A DNA stretch of 64,000 nt from Octopus sinensis (taxonomy: Eukaryota): assembly GCF_006345805.1 (NCBI RefSeq), contig NC_043019.1:19281360-19345359 (forward strand), written 5' to 3'. A program made the position numbers and the translations under genes. How positions within the stretch are numbered: position 1 is the first letter of the stretch; each line of letters opens with the position of its first letter. This document shows positions 25,336-38,000 of the stretch, piece after piece. Under the pieces are notes generated by a model. The model ran no database searches. It was not told where the DNA came from and was given only the letters and a program-made list of their open reading frames with translations.

Positions 25336-26251
25336 GAAAGACAGTTGAAGACTTGTGGATACTGCTAAGCTCACCCTTCTTTCTACCAAAGTTCTTGTGG
25401 TTTGTCTATAGACTTTCAGAGGAAGCTGAATATACTTTTCATTAAATATGCCTTATATGGTCACCATTTACTGATTTATTCTGCACTACACTATGTTGAT
25501 GCTTTTCTCACTAAACCTGGTTGTTTCAAAATTAGGGGGGAAAAAATTATTTTCTAACCATTTCAACTGCATGCTTTCCTATTCAAAAAACAGTCTAATG
25601 TCTGAGAATTTTTCATTTCATAAACCTAATCTATGACTAAAATTAAAGTGTAAAGTGTATGAAATCTGAGGAGCTGTGGGTCCCACATTGTGTTCTCAGG
25701 GTTCACTTTTTATACTGACAATTGAAATTCTAATAAATTATTGTGACATAGGAATAACCCAAGCTGGGAGTCAAGTTAATCCAGGCTTTTAATTTTGTAA
25801 AAATTCCAGACCTCTAGAGGCAGACTGAAGAGATTAGATTATAAAAATACTTACAACTGCAATAGCAGACAGTAAACGCAGCACCACAGATTCAACCATT
25901 TCAAATATTCTATTTCTTCATATTTACTTAAAATTATTGCAGCTTTTGTAGAAGAGAGTATTCCTTACCAATAGATTATATTTTGATAGTGAGAGTAAAT
26001 ATATGTTTTTAAACAAATTGTTCATCCTTTACAGACACACACACGCACACACCCTTACACTATACATACAAATGCACACATATATGCAAACACATGTAAT
26101 GTGTACTCATGCAGATTATATGTTATACACACACACACACAAAACATTAGACGATTCAAGATAGAATCACATACTAGTCTACCCATTCGCATACAAATTT
26201 GATAAAGTTGTTGTTTACAGATGTTTTTGTTTTTAATCAAACTTGTTGCAG

Positions 26252-26342
26252 ATTCAATGAGTACAATAGCCTCACAGACTCCAACCTCACTGCGTACTTT
26301 AGCAACAGATATCTTCGGAGGCATTTAAGGAAAATTGGATTG
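26252..26342 (+). CDS. ERICH3: ERICH3 exon (phase 2 to 0): [30 protein letters not shown]
   Basis: ttgcag acceptor, TTG|GTAAGT donor; conserved N-terminal motif. Confidence 0.92.
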
Positions 26343-29300
26343 GTAAGTACTTTTAATTGTAATTGCTCCATAACATACTGTAGCGATGAAATAGCAAAGT
26401 GCTTAAGCTATTAAATGGACAGTCAGCCCATAAGACACAAGTTCATATTTACAGTGACCATTGTATGTTTTTCAGGAAGAAATTTTTACTTCTCATACTC
26501 TAGTTTATTGAGGGCTGTGTGTGTGTGTGTTATAGACATACATATATCATCTTTATCTTAATCATTTAATGTCCATGTTTCAAACTGGCATGGATCGGAC
26601 AGTTTCTATAGGATCTGTATTACACCAAGGAATGCACTATGCTCCAATATCTGCGTTGGCATGGTTTCTATGGTTGGGTACCCTTCCTAATGCCTACCAT
26701 TTTACAGTGTATATTGGGTGCTTTTTATGTGACACCTGCACTAATGCGATTGCCATGAAAATCTACAAAACCCAAGTGAGGGTGGGGGATGTTTGGAGAT
26801 GAGGGTTTAACATATGAGAGGATGGGGAAAAGCAGGTTTGTTGCTGTAGAGGGGCTACATGTCTCTTTTCGAAGAGAGGGCAATGATGAGTGGAAGCAGC
26901 AGTGCAGGTAGGTGGGTATTGGGGAGGGAGAGATGAGGAGGGGAGGTGGGGCACGACTGTAAAAATTGTGAAGGCTTGAAAGGTGAATCTAGTGAAAGCT
27001 TGATAAGGGATGGGAGATGATGAGTGAAACTGAGAGAGGGATGTAGAAGAAAGCAGGAAAGAGTGGCAGGATAGCATTGATGATACAGGAGAAGGACAAG
27101 CCAGAGATGACAGCAGACAGTTTGGTAGGTTGCAGGAATGGAGGTAAGAGAGGTAGACATAGTACGTGAAGAAGAAGAGAGAGAGAGATAAGGGGAGGAG
27201 AGATAATTTGGTGGAGTGTGATCAAAGTAAAGAATGAGTTGAGAGAAGAACATCAATTGATGAAGAATGGCTAACAAAGTGAAATGGTTCCAGAAAAAAG
27301 AGGTATCAAGAGAAAGCTTCAGTGAGAGGGAGGATGGGTGGTGGTGGTGGTGGTGGTACTTTGAGAGAAAATTGGGTGAAGGGTCCATTCCCACATATAG
27401 AGATGCTTCTAGAACTTTGTTTTACTGAAATGGACAGGTCTTCTTGAGAACAACATATCATCAGTCATCCCAGTCTTCTGTGAGGCTCACAATCCAGAGG
27501 TCGGCCTTCACCACGTTATCCTATGCTTTCCTGGATCTTACTTTTTCACAAACGTGAGTGTCTCCACAACTATCCTCTTATGAAAGTGCGGCTTTCTCTC
27601 TCTCTCTCTCCATATCTTTTCGTTGCTTTATCTACCACAATGCTGTCAACTTGAATTGCTGGACTCCCTGTAGGGTCAGAATAAGGTAGCTCTTCCTTAT
27701 CCCATAGATTCTCCTCATTTAGCAAATTTTCATAATAGCACTTCCCACTTTCTGCTCTTCTCTATTAATGGTATGCCTTCGTTATTCTGGATACACTCCT
27801 CACCAGTGACACCTCAGTTCTCTTTCACATACTGTCTCATGACCCTGAACACCTCTTGCCTCTGATCCTCAGATTGCATAACATAGGAATTACAACCGTA
27901 TTTCATGGTCTGCAATTCCTATGTTATGCAATCTGAGGATCAGAGGCATGAGGTGTTCTTCTATGCTTTACCATTGGTCAAGCATACAGGTCACCTAATT
28001 GCCCTGCTAGTCATTTGGTAATTCTCCCAACTAATAGGAAAAAAAATTAGTCAAAAGTATGGATGGTATTATTCTTTATACAAATATAAATGATCTTCGA
28101 CTTCTCCCAAAGAAATAAAATGAAATGCTGCTCATAGAAATATGGATGTTCTTGCAATTATCTTGCACTTGACTTGGCAGAATCGTTCTATATGTCTCAG
28201 CTAAAATCTGTCAATGCATTTTCATTTATACGAAAAGGTAGGCTCACATAAGCTTACAGGATTTATTTAGAAGGGTTTGGATTGAAAATCGAGAACCAGC
28301 CACATAAACTATTTATAGATCATGACAAGTGTTCTATTATGTGTGTTCTGTGTCCTTTCAGATGCTCTTGCGAAGGGGCCATGTGAACAGAAAGGCTAGG
28401 GCCATGTGACAAGTGAAAAATTGTTATGAGCCAAAATTATAGTTAACCTAGTTGACAGTAAGCTTAAGGATATGTCTTCATGCATGAATGCATTTACATG
28501 GTATATAAGCTTGGGGTGGGGTATTATTTACATGTGGAAACATTGGGTGGCAAACAGGGTGATCCCATTGAGATGGGGTGCTGCACACACACTCACACAT
28601 ATTCAGGCATGATTGTGTGGTTTAGAAGTTTGCTTCCCAACCACATGGTCTCAGGCAAGTGTCTTCTACTATAGCCCTGGGCTGGTCAAAGCCTTGTGAG
28701 TGAATTTGGTCTATGGAAACATATGATCTAAAAGAATCCCATTATATGTGTGTGTATTTAATTATGTATACACACTCCTGTGCTTACCTCCAATCTATTA
28801 CATAGATCAATAAAAGAGGTGAAATTATTCCTGAGTCAACATATCGGGCGAACATCAGCCGTGCTGAACAGCGGGAGCAAGTGAAGGAAGCATTAGCTCA
28901 GGCCATTGTACACAAATCTGTTGATCTGCAACTGAAGAGAGAAAATGAAATCAACCGGAAAGTGGAAGAAATATCTAAGCTGGAACTGGTTCGAAAAATG
29001 AGGGTAAGAGTTTCATTTTAAACTTCTTCATATATGTAAACTACACACTTATAAACTACAGTCCTTATCAACAATAATATATGAGATAACACAGTATTAT
29101 GTTGTGGTTCTTACAACAATATTACACTCTACAGTGTTATTCAGTGTTATTTATTGTACCTCATTTATGTTTGCTGGTTATTCAGATGGTGTGTGCTGCA
29201 TCACAATTAGATACAATGTCTCACAGTTTTATTTCATGAATCCTTTGAAACGTGCTGGCTGTTACATCAAAATAGACTGTATCACAGCAACATAGTAAGT

Positions 29301-32300
29301 GTCTCAGTGTTGTGCAGTTTACAGTTTACAACATTTTTATGTTGTCTGTTGCCACTGTCTACATCACATCACACTAATATAGTTGTGTTGCTGTAGATTT
29401 ATACTGAGTGGAACTGAAGCAAACACAGCATGTTAGAACATGATACTACAATGGTGACTGTGCTATGTAATATATCACATGAGAAATGTTGCTGGCTATA
29501 ACAGTATGCATTGTGTCATGGCCATATACAGGGTGTTATCAAAAAATTCTCAGACGAGTGCTGTAGCATACTAACAGATGGCAGCACATGGTTGCGTGTA
29601 AAGTGAAAGCTGGCAGTGACCTTCATGGAGTGGTGGGCTGGGTGCCATTGCTGTGTTTACTTTGCAAGTTGTGAAATTTGTGTTTTTGTAATCACATGGA
29701 TATGCTGTAGTCTGCAATTTTGGTCATGGACAGGAAGCTGGAACAAAGAGCCAGAGTGAAATTTTGCATTAATCTTGGGAAGTCTGCTACAGAGACATTG
29801 AGTGTGCTTTGGCCAGGTTACAGCAATGAGTTGTACATAATGTTTTTTAGGTGTCACAGGTGCTTCAAAACCAGAACATCTCTGGAAGCCAATAAGCGTC
29901 TCTGGAAGACCAACCATGAGCGTCACAGCTGGAAATGTGGCATTGTGCATCGAGAAAACGTTCTCCAGGACCAGACGATTGGTCGAGAGTTCTACTGTAA
30001 CATTTAGAAGTATATGAGGGAGGACATTTGGTGAAAGTGACTGGATCTGTGGAGCACAAAGAATTCAATTCTTCACTGAGCTCTCCTCACTCGTGAGTTT
30101 CTTACCAAATTCAACATGGCATCACTTCTGCAACTGCCCTGTTCACCAGATTTAGGACTTGCGGACTTCCATCTCTTCTCCGAGATGAAAATGCAGCTCA
30201 AAGGTCACCATTTTAACCCCATTGTTGGGATCCAGGGCAATTGAAGAAGGTCCGCAACTTGCTTATGGAAAGTGACTTCTAGGCCAGATGCCAAAAGTGG
30301 CAGGAGCACTGGGGCCGGTGCAAGGGGACTATTTCGAAGGAGATGAGGTTAAAACTTAGGTAAATAAGTTATTTTTTTTATACGGCCTCGTATGTAGCAC
30401 CACAGAAATACAGTGTCATAGTTTATGATGATGATGCTATATTCCACACCTGCTACGAACAGAACAGGATTGCAGAAACACAAAGAAAATGTGAACTACA
30501 TAAGTCCAGGGTCAATTCCTTGCCTTCAGTTCCAGCAGACCACCGGCAGCAGAGACTTCTGAGAATGCATTGGAATAATTGACCACAGCTGGACACACTG
30601 TGGCCACGTGATGTCCTTTCCATCATTAACAATGATAGATGGATATTCCAACACTGACAACAGTTGGAGCTATGTCTGAATATCACCCATCCTGACACTG
30701 TCTGAGTAGTATGAGCACATCGGCTACAGCAAAAAGACAAGATGGGCATGAATGGAAGATTTTGGCTTTTTTTTTTTATCATGCATCTGCTCACTCAGGG
30801 CTGATTTGTGACCAAATAACAATGACGACCCCAGCCACCATTCTATCCTGCCACCTCAACACTGTAATAAATTACCAACTTCCCAAATGGCAACAGCAAA
30901 TCAATATTGCAGTTCTGTTTCATTTGCAGTCAGAGCGCTACACAGCCAGAAGCCACACATTACTCACGTCTGCAACGAGTCGAGAGTCTCTGTCGAGGCG
31001 TGCAAGCTCTGTAGCTGGTAGCATGCGACACCAGCCTTGGACCAATTCACGACCACGGACTGCGTATGAGCCACAAGGCACTCAGAACTCAGACATGGTA
31101 AGTTTTTAAAGCAGCCTTATATGACTGTATTGTTACACCTTTCCCACATCCACAACTATCACAATTTACTCAACTAACCAATGCAATGAAAAAGCCTCTA
31201 AGTAGTAGCTTAGGATCCTAGAAACTACAGGCAAACTGCTGTGTCACTATGGCAATTTTAGATATTGACATGGTCCAGTTGAAAAAAAACAACTATATCA
31301 GAAGTGTGTCGCAAGGAGCTCTATTTCCTTAGCCAAGGGATTTTTCAAGAGTTGGCAAGATGACAGCTGACATACTTGTTTCCCAATGGGAGTGAATAAT
31401 GTTGTATACCGCTTCACACACACTTTTGATAGCAACCCAACTGAGACCACCCCTCCTGGTTCTATGATACAAACTTCCTGTTTTAAAGTGATCTAAATTT
31501 AAATCTTTCATAAAAATTTCATTTTCATTAATCTTCCAACCCCAACTTTAATATGTTATATAAATAAAGTTATTTTATTAAATTCCACATTTTAAAAATT
31601 ACAGAAGGCAGTGTATCTCAAGAGAAATATGGTACCAAAAGGTTTAAAGGTCAAACTGAAAGAGATCGATGCCAGCATGAAAGATATCATCTTGTCTATT
31701 GTGAGAGGCTGAGTATACTGTAGTGTATGCTAGCTTTGCAGAACTGAGAGCAAGATAAAAGAGCAAGCAGAGATAATGAGTTTCATACCTGGCCACAAAC
31801 TTACACTGAAATACCCAACATGCAAAATAATGGCAGTAACATTGCTCATTGTTGCCTTTGCAGTGCAGATATGAGTGAGTGGTAAACGTAGGGGTGACAA
31901 AGAATGAAATATGATATGGAGGAAAGATAGCATGAATTCAAAAGTCCTTGTGACACCTTTGGTGCAGAAACACAAGTTGTAAGACCATTGGCATTGGGCA
32001 CAGAACAGAATTGTTACACTTGTGGCTAACAAAAAATTATTCAAGGACCACCCAGAATTTGACTGGTTCACTCTTGTGCTGTTGTTAGTGTTGTAGTTAG
32101 GGGCCACTGCAGAATTGCTAGAACAGCTGACAAAAAATACATTGTGATATTTCTTTTGACTCAATCCTGCCAAGGCCAACTTTGCTCTTTATACTTTGGG
32201 GATTAATAACATATAGGTGAAGTTCTATGAGCAACGCTATCAACTAAACTATCTTCTCAAAATTGCTGGCCTTGTGCTTAAATTATCCTCTTCCTCCTCC

Positions 32301-33306
32301 TCCTCCTCCTCATCATCATCCTCATTAATGTTTTGGCCTTTGTTGTTGTCTATTTATTTATTTATTTCAGAGTTTTTCCAGCCTTGATTTAGAAAGCAAA
32401 TGCTCAACCATTTCAAGGGATCATTCAACTTTGCAGACCCAAAATTCTTCTACTGAAAGAGATCGGTATTTTCCGGTAAGGTATTTCATAAGGAATGTGG
32501 GAGTTATTCACTATGTCACTGTTATTACGATGTTGGGAAATCTTTCACAATTGTATAAGCTATCTTCCATATTGTGGAGGCACATGACCTAGTGGTTAGA
32601 GCAGCAGACTCGCAGTCGAGGGATCGCAAGTTCAAATCTCAGACTGGGCGATGTGTGTGTTTATGAGCAAAACACCTGAGCTCCACACGGCTCCGGCAGA
32701 AGGTAAAGGCAAACTTCTACCGACTCTTTCACCACAACTTTCTCTCACCCTTTCCTCCTGCATCTTGCAGCTCACCTGCGACGGACCGGTGTCCCATCCA
32801 TGTGGGGAGCCTATACGCCAAGGAAACCAGCCCCTATGAGCCAGGCATGGCTCGAGAGGGAACAAACATCTTCCATATTGTTGTTGTTTAACCCTGGGTC
32901 AGTCCTAGTTGAGTTGATCACTTCCATCTTTAAAAATTGTTTATCTCGTATCACATTAAAGAGTTTGCCATTTTTACCTCTGTAAAGCTAGAAGGATATG
33001 ATTTGAGATGTGGCTATTATTTTTAGCAGGTTTAGGGATCAGGTAGAGCTCCCTCATTGACTTGCGGTAGGTGTTTATGGTTGATGATGTTTTTTTAAAT
33101 AACCAATCTCCTTCTCCTTCACTCAAGATTAGGCTCTTCATATCCGTCAGTTATGTCAACCACCATAACTGAGATTTTGTTTCATTCTTATCTTAGATAC
33201 ACAAGTGGCTTCTCCTTGCTGGAAATATTCACAATTCATCTCAAATATATTTAGATTTATGCATAATTTATACACATAATTGTATCTCTCTCTCTCTCTC
33301 TGTATG

Positions 33307-33337
<31 letters not shown>

Positions 33338-34970
33338 TAGTCAATTTAGGGTAACAAAAAATTCAATAGAAATTTATCGCAACCAGCGGCCTGGTGAAAA
33401 AGAGAAAATAGTCATCGACTAAATATATAAATATAACGATTTAGGAGTGACCCCAACAGGTCACTCGTCCACCAGAAAGAGCAGCCATAACTCACACCGC
33501 CAAGTATTATTAATTCAGAAATTAGGTGAAAATTTAAAAACATTTACCCTAATTCATCTTTTAGACGTTGCAACGTTTCTGTGTCATTAATGATTAAATT
33601 AGCTTAATTAAATTAAATTAAGCCAATCTACCATAGGTTACACTTCATCAGTAAAGACCTGGGAGAGACAAATATACACGAGGCGTCTGTATCGAAGCCT
33701 ACGGGATATCTGACTTAAAATTTTCAAGACTGACGTATTCGCGCCAAACTTATCAACAGTAAATATAAACTGCCGATTCAATCTCAGAATTATTCAGAAA
33801 ATTATCAATTAGTCAATTTAGGGTAGCAAAAAATTCAATAGAAATTTATCGCAACCAGCGGCCTGGTGAAAAAGAGAAAATAGTCATCGACTAAATATAT
33901 AAATATAACGATTTAGGAGTGACCCCAACAGGTCACTCGTCCACCAGAAAGAGCAGCCATAACTCACACCGCCAAGTATTATTAATTCAGAAATTAGGTG
34001 AAAATTTAAAAACATTTACCCTAATTCATCTTTTAGACGTTGCAACGTTTCTGTGTCATTAATGATTAAATTAGCTTAATTAAATTAAATTAAGCCAATC
34101 TACCATAGGTTACACTTCATCAGTAAAGACCTGGGAGAGACAAATATACACGAGGCGTCTGTATCGAAGCCTACGGGATATCTGACTTAAAATTTTCAAG
34201 ACTGACGTATTCGCGCCAAACTTATCAACAGTAAATATAAACTGCCGATTCAATCTCAGAATTATTCAGAAAATTATCAATTAGTCAATTTAGGGTAGCA
34301 AAAAATTCAATAGAAATTTAATTTAATTAAGCTAATTTAATCATTAATGACACAGAAACGTTGCAACGTCTAAAAGATGAATTAGGGTAAATGTTTTTAA
34401 ATTTTCACCTAATTTCTGAATTAATAATACTTGGCGGTGTGAGTTATGGCTGCTCTTTCTGGTGGACGAGTGACCTGTTGGGGTCACTCCTAAATCGTTA
34501 TATTTATATATTTAGTCGATGACTATTTTCTCTTTTTCACCAGGCCGCTGGTTGCGATAAATTTCTATTGAATTTTTTGCTACCCTAAATTGACTAATTG
34601 ATAATTTTCTGAATAATTCTGAGATTGAATCGGCAGTTTATATTTACTGTTGATAAGTTTGGCGCGAATACGTCAGTCTTGAAAATTTTAAGTCAGATAT
34701 CCCGTAGGCTTCGATACAGACGCCTCGTGTATATTTGTCTCTCCCAGGTCTTTACTGATGAAGTGTAACCTATGGTAGATTGGCTTAATTTAATTTAATT
34801 AAGCTAATTTAATCATTAATGACACAGAAACGTTGCAACATCTAAAAGATGAATTAGGGTAAATGTTTTTAAATTTTCACCTAATTTCTGAATTAATAAT
34901 ACTTGGCGGTGTGAGTTATGGCTGCTCTTTCTGGTGGACGAGTGACCTGTTGGGGTCACTCCTAAATCGT

Positions 34971-35018
<48 letters not shown>

Positions 35019-38000
35019 TACACATATATATATATATATATACACATATACATATATATTAGGTTTGATCAATAAGATTGACCTTGAACTCTGCTGTGCA
35101 TTCTGGCTCACTTCTGCTTGGGAGAAAGGTGTGTAGCATGTGATTGTCGCATTAACCGTGACAGTTGAGCAGAGAATCTGCATCAAACTTTGCTAAAATC
35201 TTGGTGGTACCTGTTCAGAGGCCTATGCAAAGATTTCAAAATGTTTTCATCATTCTTGACACAATCAAGCAAATCTTGTGCAACTGAAACCCGAGTGTCT
35301 TTTTGGTTAGCTGAGAGTACTTTTGGCACAAAATTGGCAGACACGTGTCTCATACCCAAAACTCCAATGATGATGGACTGAACTGAACCATAACTACTCG
35401 GCCCCTCCTCTGATAACTCACGGATGGTGATTCAACGATTCCCCTCACACCAACATGCACATCTGCGATGCTTTTCTCAGTTTTGCTGGTTATGGATTTC
35501 CCAATATGTTTCTCAATATTGACATTTTTTCGGCCATCTTTGAAACACTTGAGCGACTCGTACGCTTGTGTGCACTCATCTGATTCCCTCCATACACTTT
35601 CTGCAACATTGTGTAGGCCTCTGAGCAGGTATCGCCATGACAACTTTCTCTGTCATGTTCAATGCAATAATCACACGCTACGCACCTTCCTTCCAAGCAC
35701 TGCTGTAAACAGTGGAAGTGAGCTAGAACGTTAAAACTTAGTACACATGCACTGCAGAGTTCAAGGTCAATCTTTGCTAAGTGGCTTCACTCTGCGCGCT
35801 TAAACTTTGTTACTATGGCGACAGTCTGGATGCTTATTGATCAGACCTCATATAGATATACACTGGCGGAAATAAATTTAAGACCAATGATAAAAGTTGT
35901 ATTTCTTACAAAATATTCTGTTACCAACACCATACAAATTATTTCTATCTTTTACACCTTCTGCAGAATTTATTTCTCTTTCGAATGATGCAGACAATAA
36001 CTATTTTTATAAGATAATAGAGAATATTGGTGGAAGAGTGAGTATCAGAAGATGAGTTGTAGGGGGGGGGGGGGAAGGCTTGACAAAACCTCTCTTCTGC
36101 TGAGATGGACCATTCATTTTGGACCCTTATCTCCACTGAGGGGCTCAACATCTTGAGGTCAGTTTTCACTACTTCATCCCACATCTTCTTAGGTCTACCT
36201 CTTCCACAGTTTCCTTCCACAATTAACGATTGGCACTTCTTTATGCAGCCATCCTCATCCATCCACTTCACATGACTATACCAGCACAGTCGCCTCTCTT
36301 GCACATCTGATGCCTCTTATGCCCAACTCTTCTCTCGATACATTTGCACTTTGTCATACTTATACAATGACTTGGCACAGTCAACGCAGCTTGCATATTT
36401 ATTTCATTTCTCTCTTGTCTTTGTATGTCCCCTGCATTCACAGCCCATGTTTCACAGCCATGTAGCACTGCTCTTCATACACAGACATCATGCTATCTGC
36501 TTTTCATCAGAGAGAGTAGACTTTTCTTTACCATTTGAGCTATGAGTTCTCTGAACTTCCTTCAGCCACTTTCTTTCCTACCAACTACATTCTCAAAGCA
36601 TCCGCCTTCTCTGCTAATTTGCTCACCTGGATAACGAAGCTTCCGCAGCCTTCCAGAACATCTATTTCCCATATGTTCTTCTTATTTATGGCTCCTGCAC
36701 ATCTGGCATCAACAAATTCTTCTTTCTCTGTTAACATTCCTTTGATTCCACTGCACAACCTTATGTGTCCTTAGTTTGAACTGATGTGTTAATGTGTGTG
36801 TGTGTGTGTGTGTGTTAATGTGTGTGTGTGTGTGTGTGTGTTAATGTGTGTGTGTGTGTGTGTGTGTTAATGTGTGTGTGTGTGTGTGTGTGTTAATGTG
36901 TGTGTGTGTGTGTGTGTGTGTGTTAATGTGTGTGTGTGTGTGTCTGTGTGTGTTAATGTGTGTGTGTGTGTGTGTGTAGGTATGATGATGCAAACAGGGA
37001 AAACAGAATTCAAAATATGAATATTTTTGTCTTACATGTTTCCTCCTACATGTACAGTTTTGTAACTCCTTTTAGCAAATGAAACACATGTAATCTTTAT
37101 ATATATAAAACTGAGAATGTGTGTCTGACTGTCTGTCTATCTGTCTGTCTGTCTGTCTGTGTGTTTCCCTAAAACTTGAGAACTACCCAACCAATTTCAT
37201 TCAAATTTTACACATGCCTTACTTAGGATCCATGTAGTTTCATGGGCAAAAAACTTCGCCTAGAGCGAGCCCATAGTATAAAATTGCATCAATGACTTGA
37301 ATTTGAATAAGTGGTTTCACATGTATTGTATTGTATTGGCATCCTTTCTGTCTCGGGAGACAATGGAGTTGCGCTTTTTTTTTTTGGGGGGAATAAATTA
37401 AAAATAAAATTAGCGTGCAGAAATGGAATAGTCCAGATGATTAATAAAAAATTAAATTAAAGTATACAATGTAGAGAAAAAAGAAGATTTCAACACATGG
37501 AGGAAAGCACCTTCGAAAAGTGTCTTGATGCGACTATGAAAGATATCTAACCAGGGGCAGTAAATTCGCCACAATAGAAGCAAGGTTCGAGTCAACGGAG
37601 CGTGCAAGGGAGTACTCGACTCGAACCTTGCAAAGTGGAAATATTTAATTTTTACCTTTATATCTGGGACGTAGGACGTCCTGGATAAAAATTTAAAATG
37701 TCCCCCCAGAAGTAGATGTAGGCTGGATTGTAGCCACACTTCTATACAAGAGGGAGGACAAGATACAATTGATCGAAATTACAAGAGACGGGCTAACAAT
37801 TCCAGTCTGTTATATATTTTGAGTATTGTTATCACTAGCGATATCAAGATATAACTTTGTATTTTGTATTTTATGTGTAGATGTATATATATATAGATGT
37901 ACATGTAATTTGTACACATATATATACACATATATACATGCACTAGCACTATGACCCGGCAACGACGAGTCTTTAATGCTAGTAGTGAATAAATAATGCC

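Larger units (their letters stand above)
33337..34974. mobile_element. 472-bp hammerhead-bearing unit: two direct copies plus a stub, then about 1.4 inverted copies (Penelope pLTR / retrozyme-like)
   Basis: Unit starts at 33337, 33809 and 34281 (period 472); orientation flips at 34315-34320; flanked by (TA)n on both sides; no ORF. Confidence 0.85.

Noticed and set aside
26780-27340. Purine-rich + strand tract as an extra Glu-rich ERICH3 exon
   Set aside because: The flanking exons already join collinearly (GL|IN), stops interrupt the + frames, and the minus strand resembles a CR1 relic.
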